64,000 bases of DNA from a virus. Taxonomy: Duplodnaviria > Caudoviricetes. The notes below the pieces were generated by a model. That model saw only the letters and a list, made by a program, of their open reading frames with translations. It did not search any database and was not told the DNA's origin. Positions 1-10,700 of this stretch are shown here, one piece after another. Location: positions 1 through 64,000 of the IMG/VR virus record IMGVR_UViG_3300025018_002598; one strand, given 5' to 3'. The position numbers and the translations under genes were made by a program. The first letter of the stretch is position 1, and every line of letters starts with the position of its first letter.

Positions 1-222
1 ATTTATTAATATTATTTGCTATCTTGATGAAGCAGAAAGTGAACAGAGAATCTTTTGTAGATTTTTGTAAGTTTCACAGAACGGTAATCTATAACTTGAC
101 AATCCCAGAATGAAATAGAAAGTGGCCTCATTCCATTGATTTATCTTTTGAGTGGGGCTATTTTTTTATCTAACAACTTGGACAATAAAATGGTTTTTAG
201 AGAAAAGTTTGACTAGAAAAAA

Positions 223-738
223 ATAACAGATAAAATAATATCTAAAGATGAAGTTTTACTTTCATCTAAAATAAAGAGTGTCAAAAAAGAAAATAGACTG
301 ATAATCACAACAAATGGTTGTTATGATATTTTGCATTTTGGACATATATTCACTTTAGAAACTGCTCTAAATTACAAAAAAGAAATGACATATTCTCTTG
401 AGAGACCCCCTTTCCTTTTAGTCGGAATTAATTCCAATTTATCTGTAAAAAAATACAAAGGCGAAAACAGACCAATTATAGATGAGATAAATAGATCTAA
501 ATCTATTGTTTGTTTGTCTTTTGTAGATGCTGTTTATATTTATGATGAAGAAACAAGTGAGAAGTTTGTAGAGATTGTAAAGCCTGACTTTCATGTTAAT
601 TCGTCTTCTTACGGAGAAGATTGTGTGGAAAGAAAAATCCTAGACTCTTATGGAGGTCATCTTGTTATAGTAGAAGAAATAGAAAATTCACCGTCAACAA
701 CAAATATTTTAAATTCGGTCTTAAACCTTGGCCATTGA
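223..738 (+). CDS. Cytidylyltransferase-family nucleotidyltransferase (RfaE domain II / ADP-heptose synthase-like); start codon uncertain
   Basis: The frame is open from 217 (after TAG 214-216) and reads ITDKIISKDEVL...IITTNGCYDILHFGH (HIGH-type motif), then VGINSNLSVKKYKGENRPI, FDEET-like YDEET, VKPDFHV and STTNI. The ORF-track start at 331 (TTG) cuts off the first Rossmann strand. Confidence 0.8.
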   Translation: MTDKIISKDEVLLSSKIKSVKKENRLIITTNGCYDILHFGHIFTLETALNYKKEMTYSLERPPFLLVGINSNLSVKKYKGENRPIIDEINRSKSIVCLSFVDAVYIYDEETSEKFVEIVKPDFHVNSSSYGEDCVERKILDSYGGHLVIVEEIENSPSTTNILNSVLNLGH

Positions 739-781
739 CAAAAAAATCGTATTAGAAAAAAAACAAAGGGAGATATCCTAA

Positions 782-1309
782 TTGGACTCTAAAGTAATTA
801 CACGTAAGAAAAACCTATTAGAACAAAAAAATTGTGATGTTGTAATTTTGATAGGTGAAGATGGAAGTAAGTTTGGCGAAATGAATACAGAAGCCGCTTT
901 TACTATTTCTGAAGAAAGAAATTTAGACTTAGTGATTGTGAACGAAGAAAACGATCCTCCCATTTTGAAGCTAATGAATTATGGAAAGTATTCCTATAAT
1001 CAAAAAATAAAATCTCGTGAAAATAATAAAAAACAAAAAGTGATCAAGAACAAAGAGATACGGTTTACCGTAAGTATTGATCCTCATGATCTTCAGACTA
1101 AATCTCGTCAAATTGACAAGTTTTTATCTAAGGGGCATCGTGTTAGAATATCTATTCTTTTTCCAAAGAGACAGAAAGATACCATAAAGCCAGCGATTGA
1201 ATCTCTTGTGGAAGATATGAAAAATACAATGGAGGAAAAATTCCGGGAAGAAAACAAACCAACTATGTCAGAGAGAATGTACATTTTGGATATTGTTCCG
1301 GTTAAATAA
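782..1309 (+). CDS. infC: Translation initiation factor IF-3 homolog
   Basis: Matches both IF-3 domains: VILIGEDGSKFG, NLDLVIV, PPILKLMNYGKY, KEIRF, IDPHDLQTK, FLSKGHRVRISI. TTG start 9 nt after GGGAG. Confidence 0.92.
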   Translation: MDSKVITRKKNLLEQKNCDVVILIGEDGSKFGEMNTEAAFTISEERNLDLVIVNEENDPPILKLMNYGKYSYNQKIKSRENNKKQKVIKNKEIRFTVSIDPHDLQTKSRQIDKFLSKGHRVRISILFPKRQKDTIKPAIESLVEDMKNTMEEKFREENKPTMSERMYILDIVPVK

Positions 1310-1314
1310 TGTAA

Positions 1315-1992
1315 ATGAAAAAACAAGATCCTATTTGGATCTTGGACAAGAGAAGTAAAAGAATTGAATCGCATTATTATCTCGTAAGAAAGATAGTCTC
1401 ACAATATAATTTTGTAGAAAAATCTCTTTACCAAGATCTCCTTCAAGAAGGTAACATTGGTTTAATCAAGGCTGTAGATAGGTATGATGAATCATATAAG
1501 GTTCGTTTTTCCACATACGCCTGTTTCCAAATAAAGTATCATGTTCAAGATTTTCTGAGAAAGAATTCTAGTGTACTCTATATCCCTCACAATAAACTTT
1601 GCGATGCTTTCAAGTTAAAAAGATTTATTGAAAAAAAACTAAAAGAAAATGGCACCCCTCCTCTGGAATCACAGATGAGGGGCTTTCTTTTATGTACTCA
1701 AAAAAGACTTATAGAGATAATATCTATAATATCTCTAATTAACAGTCCTGATAATGATATTGATACCATCTCTAACGTTCCCTGTCCAAACTCTAATAAT
1801 GAAATAAAAAGAGAAGAGGTCATGGACATGTTGAAAAATCTGGAAATAGATGATCAGCGTCTAATTCTAGATCATTATTATTCAAATAAATCTTTAAGAA
1901 AGATTTCTCGTGAAAGAAATGTCTCACATGAGACCATAAGGAGGCAACATAATCGTATATTGTCTCAATTGAAAGATTCTTTCATTTACTAA
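1315..1992 (+). CDS. Sigma70-family RNA polymerase sigma factor
   Basis: Region 2 DLLQEGNIGLIKAVDRYD...RFSTYA; region 4 HTH KSLRKISRERNVSHETIRRQ. Confidence 0.92.
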   Translation: MKKQDPIWILDKRSKRIESHYYLVRKIVSQYNFVEKSLYQDLLQEGNIGLIKAVDRYDESYKVRFSTYACFQIKYHVQDFLRKNSSVLYIPHNKLCDAFKLKRFIEKKLKENGTPPLESQMRGFLLCTQKRLIEIISIISLINSPDNDIDTISNVPCPNSNNEIKREEVMDMLKNLEIDDQRLILDHYYSNKSLRKISRERNVSHETIRRQHNRILSQLKDSFIY

Positions 1993-2039
1993 AGGGAAAA
2001 TCTCTTATAAATTGGAAACATATAAAGAAGAATTTTATT

Positions 2040-5000
2040 TTGTCGGGGAGTCGTTATAATATGCCAGCGCCCATAAAAAAGCAATCTAATCATGGATTTA
2101 GTATATTCAGTGCATTAGACAATTATATGAAAATAGCCATTAGACCTTCTGATTCTTTTGGCACTCAGAATGATTTTGGACAAACAAGCTCTATTGAGGG
2201 GCTTGCTTCCAAATACTTCTCTGATGAGTTTTATGGTAAATTACCACAAGATTTCGTTCAGCAAGTGAAGCCTATTGTTGATGGTTTCATTCAGGGACTT
2301 CCTGAATATTCTCAAAAACTCAATGAACTTGCACCTAAGATATCTGAGCTTTCTCAAAGAGTTAGAAATACAACTCAAACTACAAATATCTATGAACAGA
2401 AAGTTAAAAAACAATTAAGAAAAAAGAAGAAAGATCTCACAAATCAAATGAATCGTGGTTTGATTTCTAGAGAAGATTATTCTAGTCAATTACAATCAAT
2501 ACAGTTAGAAGAAGGCGAATTAGAAAAAAATATAAATACTTTAGACTTTTATGAAAATAAAGGTATGAAGGGTGGCCCTCTATCTGACTACAGAAGAGAT
2601 GAAGGCAAAAAAGGCCAATACTTCTTTTTCGATGAAGAAACTCTAGCACTGATGGACGATTTAGGTTCAGATTTGTTTGGAGAGCATTCAGATTCACAAT
2701 TGACATTTGGTGATACTTTTTTAATTGATGCTGAGAATAAAATTCGTGAAATTTCTAATTCTCTTTCCAAAAATACGAATAAAGCACAAACTGCGAATTC
2801 TCCGCAAGAGATTAAATCGACAATAAGTGAATTAGAAGATGACATTCTTTATTTCAAAAATAATACTCAACAGGCAGTTCAAGATTACGGTATGTCTGAA
2901 GAGGAAATTCTAAATCTTATTTCCCAAAAAGAAAAAGAACGTGAATATCTCATGTTGGACTTTTATGATAATGAAAGTTCAGGACAAGAGAAATCCGGCA
3001 ATGTTTATCTTCTTGCTGGAAGTCAAACTATCGATCAACTAAAAAGACTTTCTGTATCTGTCTTAGGTGTCGAACCTGATGACATTCAGATATTAGATCA
3101 TTATTTTGAAAAGCCTTATGTTGAAACTAAGCATGAAAAGGATCTTTTTGCCGATGGGTTGAGTGATATTGTAAATGGACCAGTAAAAATAAATAATCCT
3201 AAAAATGCAGATGAGGCTTACGAAGCGCAAGAACCTGATCTTTCTCAAATGGATATGAATCCAGAAGATTATCCTTTAGACAAACAGAAGAATCTTGAAA
3301 GACAGAGAAAAAATACAATGAGTTGGACAGATTTGTTTAATTTGTCTGATTCGGGATCTATTCAAACTCTTTTGAGTTCATATGGTCTTTCCGTTGACGA
3401 TTTACTTCATCCTAGTATTCCTGGATTTGAAGATATTGTTTCTGAAATTCCAGATGATGCATCTCCCGAAGCAGTAAGAATTAATAATAGAAAAAGAATG
3501 AATACAATTCTATCTTTTATTAATCATTTCAAGAAAACTCAAACTGGGGAAATCGACAACTTTGAATTTTTGAAATCTTTCGAATCCTTTACAGAAAATG
3601 TTGATGAGAATTTTTATGATATGATTGTAGCCTTTGCTGGTGGAATGGCCGAGGTTGATAGAGTTGGTGTCGAATCTGTCGATTTCAATTCTTTCAGTAA
3701 TGTCTCATCCCTTTATGAAACATCACCTCTTATTAAGCAGTTGGTTGATTTCTTTGGAAGAAGAGGAGAGGTTTATTCAAAATTCTCAATAACAGATCCT
3801 AAAGTTTATATTTCAGAAGGCTCTTCTAAGGGATTCGAAGAGGTTAAAAGAAGACAAGAGGTTCTTAGCAATATAGATTCATGCGTTTCAATATCTTCTC
3901 AATTAAAAGAATTTGAAAGTGGTAAGTCTGGAGAAATCATAGTCGATGGAACTTCTTATTCACCTAAAGAAGCTGGGTATTTACTTTCTAGTATATCCTC
4001 TGATCTATTTAAGTCTGTTAAAAATACAACTTTAGAAAACAGTGCTTCAATTAAGAAGGTGACTTTAAAAACTCCTTCTAATGCCCAGAGACAATTAGAA
4101 AAAGACTCATCTGCTCCACTTATTAAAGAATTTATAGATCTTAGAAAATCTATTTCTGGATTAGAATCACTTTACAGACAGGCAGAGAATAGAAGAGACG
4201 AACAAGAAGTTCGTGGAAGTGTTGGTAAATTGGCAGAAGAAATTTCAAATCTTAAATCTATTGTTTCATCACCATGGCCTGACTATGCAGCACTTCAAGC
4301 CAGTGTGGAAATCATAGGTTCTCTTTGGAATAATCAGACTGGTGTATCTTCTTTTGTGGAGTCTGAGTTTTCTAATAGTCCAATGAGTGATGTTTATCAG
4401 AATTCTAAATCTAAGATAATGCAATTGATTAAAACTTCATATAAAAATCCAGAGTCTGCTGTAAAACTAGATACAAAAAAAGATCTTACGGTCATGTCTA
4501 ATCTGTTGAAGACTTTAACTAACAAGAAAACAGGTATTGATACTTACGCCGTTGAAAGTGGACAACATTTAATTGTAATTGAACAGATAGATAATATTAA
4601 AAATGAATTAGATTCTATCATTTCATCTGGAAACGGAAATAAAAAACAATTTAATTATTTTAGTACCGCTTTGAAAGACTTAATATCTGTTGCTGACGAA
4701 ACATTGACGGCTTATACATCCTCTGACGGAAGAATGTTTTTAGAAAACGTTCAAATGGCGTCTTCTGTTTTTGAAAAAGCAAATACAGAGTACTCTCAGT
4801 TTTTGATTGATAGAAATAGAGAGAGTATAGAGAAGGCAGAAAATAGCCTTAATTCATCTAACTCAGAACCATCTGATTTAAAAGGAGTTAAAGGAACTTT
4901 AACTGGACTTAATGTTGATTTCAACAACGAGTCCGACAAGTTCACGTTTGAATTTACAAGAGCTTCCAACGAAAAACAATTTCCTTCCTTAGAAAGAGTG

Positions 5001-6254
5001 AAGAATAGATCTGACCTAGAGCCTGTAAGTAATTCTATCTTACTTAACCTTGATTTTGGTATTGAAAATTCAGTAAGAGGTCTTTTCTCTCAAAAATACA
5101 AAGACCCTTATACTGGCGCAAGATATGGAAAGATTTCAAGACAGGAAGGCTTTGGCGTTTATGTCGAAGATATAACAGAAGAAGTACAACAAAAGACATC
5201 TATCATTAAAGCTGAATATTTTGAATATATAAGTCCTTCTGAAGTTCAATCTTTGATTTTTGATATGAAGAAAACCATGCAAGAAACTGGAGATTCAAAC
5301 ACACAATCTTTACTTCGTCAAAGTGCTGAGTCTAATCCTAAATTGCAGGTATTGGCAAATGCAATCCTTGGTGCTTCTACAAATCAACCTCTTTCTTTTA
5401 TTGAAAATGCAATAAGGGATGAAAATAGTCCTTTAAATGTATCTGAAGAAGAAATGAAGAATCGAGAAATTAAAAGAAAAGATAGATTAAAGAAAAAGAA
5501 TCTAGATAAGTTAAAAGAACTTATGGAAGAAAGGAATTCATCAAAAGATGACGATTATATAGATAATCCATATCGTGATGAAAGATATTCACGTCCTACG
5601 TCGGAACCGGAAGATGAAGAGTCTTTTGATGAAGGTTACTTGGAGAATAAAGAAAGAATGAATTCTCAAGGTTTTGATGGTGATCGTGAGGAAGAATTCG
5701 AAGAGCCAGATATAGAAAATAACGACGACGAAGATTCTTCTCTTTATCAAGAAGAAGGGACTGTTGTTTCTGGAAAAATTAAAGATATAGATCGCTCAAG
5801 AAACCAATTAATTCTTGATAGTGGAGTGAAAGTAGATTTAATTTCTGGACAAGGCTATGATATATCTCAATATAGACCTGGCGAAATAGTTACTGTCAAA
5901 GGTAACTTTGACGAGAAAAGTAACGTCCTTCAAATGAAGCAACAGGTTTCAACAAAACCAGTAAAAGGCGAAGTTGTTAGCGTAGAAGGTAATTTTTATA
6001 CACTAAAAAATAACTCAATAATAGCTATTGATGAAAACTTCAAAGGGTCTGACTTTTCAAACCGTGACGACATCTTCAAAGGAGATACTGTTACATTCTA
6101 CGTAGAAGATGACGAAGAAGGTGGCGGTGGTGTTTATAATGCCTTTGACTATAAAATAGATAAAAAATCTCCAAGACCTAAGATGGGAAGTGTATTTAAT
6201 CTTAAAAAAGTAAGCAAAGATAATAAATTTAATTTAAAAAAATGGAGTAAGTAA
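2040..6254 (+). CDS. Large acidic hypothetical protein, probable virion/internal head protein (likely start ATG 2061)
   Basis: 1404-aa open frame with an acidic tract, two C-terminal beta-rich OB-like repeats and a terminal FNLKKVSK/FNLKKWSK tag. GGGGAG precedes ATG 2061. Confidence 0.75.
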   Translation: MSGSRYNMPAPIKKQSNHGFSIFSALDNYMKIAIRPSDSFGTQNDFGQTSSIEGLASKYFSDEFYGKLPQDFVQQVKPIVDGFIQGLPEYSQKLNELAPKISELSQRVRNTTQTTNIYEQKVKKQLRKKKKDLTNQMNRGLISREDYSSQLQSIQLEEGELEKNINTLDFYENKGMKGGPLSDYRRDEGKKGQYFFFDEETLALMDDLGSDLFGEHSDSQLTFGDTFLIDAENKIREISNSLSKNTNKAQTANSPQEIKSTISELEDDILYFKNNTQQAVQDYGMSEEEILNLISQKEKEREYLMLDFYDNESSGQEKSGNVYLLAGSQTIDQLKRLSVSVLGVEPDDIQILDHYFEKPYVETKHEKDLFADGLSDIVNGPVKINNPKNADEAYEAQEPDLSQMDMNPEDYPLDKQKNLERQRKNTMSWTDLFNLSDSGSIQTLLSSYGLSVDDLLHPSIPGFEDIVSEIPDDASPEAVRINNRKRMNTILSFINHFKKTQTGEIDNFEFLKSFESFTENVDENFYDMIVAFAGGMAEVDRVGVESVDFNSFSNVSSLYETSPLIKQLVDFFGRRGEVYSKFSITDPKVYISEGSSKGFEEVKRRQEVLSNIDSCVSISSQLKEFESGKSGEIIVDGTSYSPKEAGYLLSSISSDLFKSVKNTTLENSASIKKVTLKTPSNAQRQLEKDSSAPLIKEFIDLRKSISGLESLYRQAENRRDEQEVRGSVGKLAEEISNLKSIVSSPWPDYAALQASVEIIGSLWNNQTGVSSFVESEFSNSPMSDVYQNSKSKIMQLIKTSYKNPESAVKLDTKKDLTVMSNLLKTLTNKKTGIDTYAVESGQHLIVIEQIDNIKNELDSIISSGNGNKKQFNYFSTALKDLISVADETLTAYTSSDGRMFLENVQMASSVFEKANTEYSQFLIDRNRESIEKAENSLNSSNSEPSDLKGVKGTLTGLNVDFNNESDKFTFEFTRASNEKQFPSLERVKNRSDLEPVSNSILLNLDFGIENSVRGLFSQKYKDPYTGARYGKISRQEGFGVYVEDITEEVQQKTSIIKAEYFEYISPSEVQSLIFDMKKTMQETGDSNTQSLLRQSAESNPKLQVLANAILGASTNQPLSFIENAIRDENSPLNVSEEEMKNREIKRKDRLKKKNLDKLKELMEERNSSKDDDYIDNPYRDERYSRPTSEPEDEESFDEGYLENKERMNSQGFDGDREEEFEEPDIENNDDEDSSLYQEEGTVVSGKIKDIDRSRNQLILDSGVKVDLISGQGYDISQYRPGEIVTVKGNFDEKSNVLQMKQQVSTKPVKGEVVSVEGNFYTLKNNSIIAIDENFKGSDFSNRDDIFKGDTVTFYVEDDEEGGGGVYNAFDYKIDKKSPRPKMGSVFNLKKVSKDNKFNLKKWSK

Positions 6255-6255
6255 A

Positions 6256-6744
6256 ATGCCTCTTTCTAACAAAGGGACTCCAAACACTGTTACTCCAGGT
6301 CAAATATGCTATGGATGTATTAATTTACAGGCAGGAACTTGTCCCTATGGAAATAAGTTTGGTGATAGCACTTTAAATTTCAAAGGACATCCAGGGAGTG
6401 GAACTTGTGAATTCTTCACACCCTATCCAGAACAATACGCTGAGGGGAATAAAATGAAAAAAGTATCAGCCAAAGATCTTAAAGAAGCTCAACTAAACAT
6501 GTCTTTGTATAAAAAAGTAATGGCTTTATCTGAATCAAATAGGAATCGTTTATTTGATTATTGGAAGAAAATATACGATGACGATCCAAGGTATGCTTCA
6601 GAACTGGTAACAGACTATGTAGAAACTGCACCTTTCGACACAGAGGATAAAAAAACTCCCAATAAAGGTGAATTTAAACAAAAGAAAGAATATAAATCTT
6701 ATGGACCTTCAAGCGAAAAAAGAAAAGGTCAATTCATTGATTAA
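6256..6744 (+). CDS. Hypothetical protein with Cys motif and LSxxxRxxxxxYW module
   Basis: Tight operon spacing; CYGC...CPYG...C motif; module shared with ORF 19790-19996. Confidence 0.75.
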   Translation: MPLSNKGTPNTVTPGQICYGCINLQAGTCPYGNKFGDSTLNFKGHPGSGTCEFFTPYPEQYAEGNKMKKVSAKDLKEAQLNMSLYKKVMALSESNRNRLFDYWKKIYDDDPRYASELVTDYVETAPFDTEDKKTPNKGEFKQKKEYKSYGPSSEKRKGQFID

Positions 6745-6755
6745 AGGAAAGTACC

Positions 6756-7712
6756 ATGAATAAAAAAACAACACTTCAAACAGGTAACATGCTTTTACAG
6801 GGTTCTAGCAAGAAAACCCCTGATGCAAAAATGCTTGATAAGATTAGTAACATTTTCTCTCCTTCAAAGAATTCGGAACCTGTCGATGAACGCTCTGAAA
6901 GGAAAGATCAAAAAGAAAGAGAACTTTCTGAAATTAGAGATAAAAGCTGGGAGACTGTTGAAAAGATAGAAAAAGACAGAACGATAATGGACAGTAAAGC
7001 AATTAGAAATAATAGTGGAATGGAAAATACAGAAAGATATGACTCTTTCAGTAGTGTTCCTTCTGGCAAGTCCAGTATTTTAGATCCTGAAGCTTTTAAT
7101 AAGTTACAAAATGACGAATATAGTCAGCATATAATTGATGCTGGAAAAGAAAGAAGGAGAAAAGAGGCTGAAAGAGGTCGTAGAGATCGTGACTTTGAAC
7201 CTTCTCGTGCGACAACAACGGCCGATACTAATCCATTCTTTATGGGCTTTACTCCTATGCGTTCAGCATTAAAACAAGACCCACTTGTAGGATCTCAAGA
7301 TCCTATCAAAGAGGTTGAAGAAGTCAAGGCTAAGGCCATGAATGCTAAGATTGCTGGCGAAAAGGCTGCTAAATTGAAAACAAAACTTGATAATGTTTTT
7401 GCGAATAAATTTAGAGAAGAAGCTAATGACGATAGAGCATGGCAAGATAGAATGGGTGACGAAATAGAAAATCGCCTTAAAAATGTAAAAGCACAGAAAA
7501 ACAAAACACCTAGAGTTGCCGATGACTTTACGAAAGTTCCAGATAAATCTAGCATGGATCTATCAGGTGTCTTCAAAAACCCTTATGCTCAATTTGAAAA
7601 CGAAGAAAAAGATATCAAAAGAGATTCTTCTTCAATCAAATCGAAAAGAGCAAAAAGAGAAGACGATAGAACTTGGGAAACTTTAGAAAATCTAAAAAGT
7701 AGAAAGTACTAA
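6756..7712 (+). CDS. Hypothetical charged protein
   Basis: 318-aa ORF with AAGGA upstream, co-directional in operon; three D(K/R)xW(E/Q) motifs. Confidence 0.75.
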   Translation: MNKKTTLQTGNMLLQGSSKKTPDAKMLDKISNIFSPSKNSEPVDERSERKDQKERELSEIRDKSWETVEKIEKDRTIMDSKAIRNNSGMENTERYDSFSSVPSGKSSILDPEAFNKLQNDEYSQHIIDAGKERRRKEAERGRRDRDFEPSRATTTADTNPFFMGFTPMRSALKQDPLVGSQDPIKEVEEVKAKAMNAKIAGEKAAKLKTKLDNVFANKFREEANDDRAWQDRMGDEIENRLKNVKAQKNKTPRVADDFTKVPDKSSMDLSGVFKNPYAQFENEEKDIKRDSSSIKSKRAKREDDRTWETLENLKSRKY

Positions 7713-7724
7713 TGGGGTATAAAA

Positions 7725-10700
7725 ATGCGAGATTTGATTCTTGATCAAATTAAAAAATTGTCTCGTGCAGATAAAGAGATAATTCATGACAACTTTAATA
7801 AAGTCTGTAAAATTATAGGCATTAAAAAAGAAAGTTCTATCTATGTTCCCGAACAAGAATTGCAAAGGGTTCTACAAAATGTAGATTTGCAAGAATTGGC
7901 TCAGAGAATAAAGGGGATTCTTGCTTATTATAACGAAGAAAATCCAGACTATAAAGTTTTTGAGGATATGAATGGTGATCCAATAGACGATATTGGTGAA
8001 CAGGTCGCTTCATTGTTACCTGGCTTATCTAAACCTGTTCAAAATAGTATTTTAAACTTTGAAGATGAGTCAGAATTAGGTGATTATTTACAAAATTTAC
8101 TAAAATATATCCCAGATGCAATAGAGCTTCCTGGGCAGAACGTAGAAAATCCAACTCCTAATGTTCAACAAAAAACATTTGATGAAATGTTAGTTGAGAT
8201 TGCCTCTTCAAATGCCATTCCTCCGAATATGATTCAAGGATACTTTAATCTTGAAAGAGAATCTGCTACAAACAATACCTTGATCAATTCTTTAAATGAA
8301 AAATTAGAACAAATAACATCATTACTTTCAAATGTTTTCAACGGTTATCAAAATAACCCTGAATATGAAAATGCATATCAAGAATCTATGCAAGTTATGG
8401 GTGATAGAAAAAGAATTAGAGAAGTCATTAAGAAGATTGCAAACATTCAATCTCCTAAAGACACAAAAGCTGTAAATCCCTCTAATATTCAAACTAAAGA
8501 AAATGAATATTCTTTTGAATCTACATCTTTCAAGAAAAATGCTAATGGAAATGGTATTTTAGTTTATGAAAATGTATGGGAAGTCCCTGCTATCGGAGAA
8601 AATGAAGAAGATGCTATTGCCGCTATAAATATAGAGCCTTTAAAAAAAATACATTCTCTCATGAGAGAAAATGCTAACTATTTGTCTGAAAATGAAGAGT
8701 TTGATCCTAGCCTTTCTGAAAATATATTTTCTGTTTTTAGAAGTAATTTTGATTCAAAATCAGTTCGAAACAAAAGAGATAAGTTGAGAAGAGAGATTTA
8801 TCAAGGTGTTTCTCAGACGGAATTTGCAAATGATCCGAAGGGTGCTATTCCTTGGGAAAAGGCTCGTGTAGAAGATAGGATTTCAGTATTAAAACACCCT
8901 TCTATTACTTCGGAAAAGGTAGAAGAGATTATTTCTAATAATTCAGAAATAAGAAGGGACTTGCAGGAAATTTCTTTCTACAAAGAAATACTCAAAGATC
9001 TTGATGGATACTCATTGAGAGTCGCCATTAACGATGAAAACATTCTTCCTAAAAAATATCAAGAAATATTTAAAAGACTTTATTATACAGCTTTTGGTCA
9101 AAATCTAGAAAGAATGGACGGTTCATTGTCTTTGTCGGATGTGTATCTTGGATACCAGTCAGGACAGCCCCTTTTTGAAGAAGAGGAAGTCAATCGTAAA
9201 GGAAGTACTATTGTTTGGGAAATTCAGCAAGAGGCTTTTCAGGACGGAATTGACGAAGAAGACATAATAGCTAGATTGGATACATTTTATTCAGATACAA
9301 ATATTCGCTATTTTCATGATGTAGATCAAAAGTCCACTTCAAGAGCTTATCAGATTGATATGGCTCAGTTGTATCAAGAGAATTCTTTTAATAGATCTCT
9401 TTTTTGTAATTATTGTGGTAGATTCAGGACTGAATGTGGACCATCTGGTGCAGATAGTGTCTATGATACTCAAAGAGTAATTAATGGTAAGAAATCTACT
9501 TGTGTCAATGTAAAAGAAATAGACCAAGAAGTTATCCTCACTCAGGAAGAAATATCTTCATTGAGTAAAGATACACTTGAAAAATTCTTTGAAGATTCTG
9601 GTGGAGGATTCAAGCAGAAGGAATGTAATCGAAATCCAGAGCAACCTAATTGTGAATTGGGCGACAGTTTAATTTTTCCTGAAAGAAAATCTAATACTTT
9701 AAATTCTTCTTTCCTTGGAAGGGACTTGAATTTGAAAGTTGCCGGACTTGAAATGACTACTGAAAAGACTGACAAAGAAGGTAACACTCAGATAGTTCCT
9801 ATGATGGTTGATGAAGATACTCAGAATTTAATTTCAAAAATTGAAGGTAGGATACTTGATCGTTTGGATGAAATAAATCAAACGATGCCTCAAAGAAGAG
9901 ATGAAGTGTCTTCTCTGTTAGATGGGGAAAATCAAAAGAGATCAGAACTTCTAAATGCAAGAAAAGACATTCTCGATGCTATGAACTCAATTGATACCGA
10001 ATCAGAAGATAAGATGGAGAACTTTAAAAATAAAAAAAGAAAAAAAGATCTTCAGTTACAGTTAAATGAAATAAACTTAGAATCTAAACAAAGAGAAAAG
10101 AATATAAATACTCTTTCCAAGTCTTATGATCTTATGTCAAGTCCTTTAGAATTTGATGACTTAAAGTCTTCTATAAGAAGTTATATAGAGTCCACTGTCA
10201 AGCTTCATCCATCTGGAATGTTTCCAAATGATAGTGATGAAATAAGAGCAAAAGGTTCTTTGTCTGAAGAACATGAAGAAATCGCTGGTCAGGCGGCTAT
10301 TAAACTATTTTCTGCCTTAATGTCTCAGTATCACATGGAAACTGGAGACCTTAATAAGGCAAGAAGATTAGCTGGAGAAGACATTTATCTTCTTTTTGCA
10401 GGTGGAACTCATCAAGGAAGTAAAAAGAATTTTTATCCTCCTAAATTCATAATGCCTGAAGTGCCAGAAGGATGGACTCCAGAAAAGAATTTACCAAATA
10501 AAAACTTCTTCACTCCTCCTGGACAAGAAGGTAAGACTAGAGATCAGAGAATTAAAGACTTACATGAAAATATTCGTGTTCGTTTAGATGATGGTGTGGT
10601 TTCGACTGGATTAGAATTTCTTGGTGGAATGTCTAGTTTACCATTTTTAAATGCGGAATTAGAAGGTGAAGATGTTGCTGGCTTTCCCTTTTTATTTGCT

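Noticed and set aside
214-216. Genome-wide TAG or TGA reassignment (alternative genetic code)
   Set aside because: ORFs of 1400-2200 aa are uninterrupted under the standard code, and TAG/TGA end several genes with normal spacing. Only one suspicious TAG was seen.
278-301. GTG start plus A AAA AAG -1 shift into the cytidylyltransferase frame
   Set aside because: The heptamer exists (283-289), but family-like sequence extends further upstream in the main frame, there is no stimulatory stem, and A runs are common in this genome.
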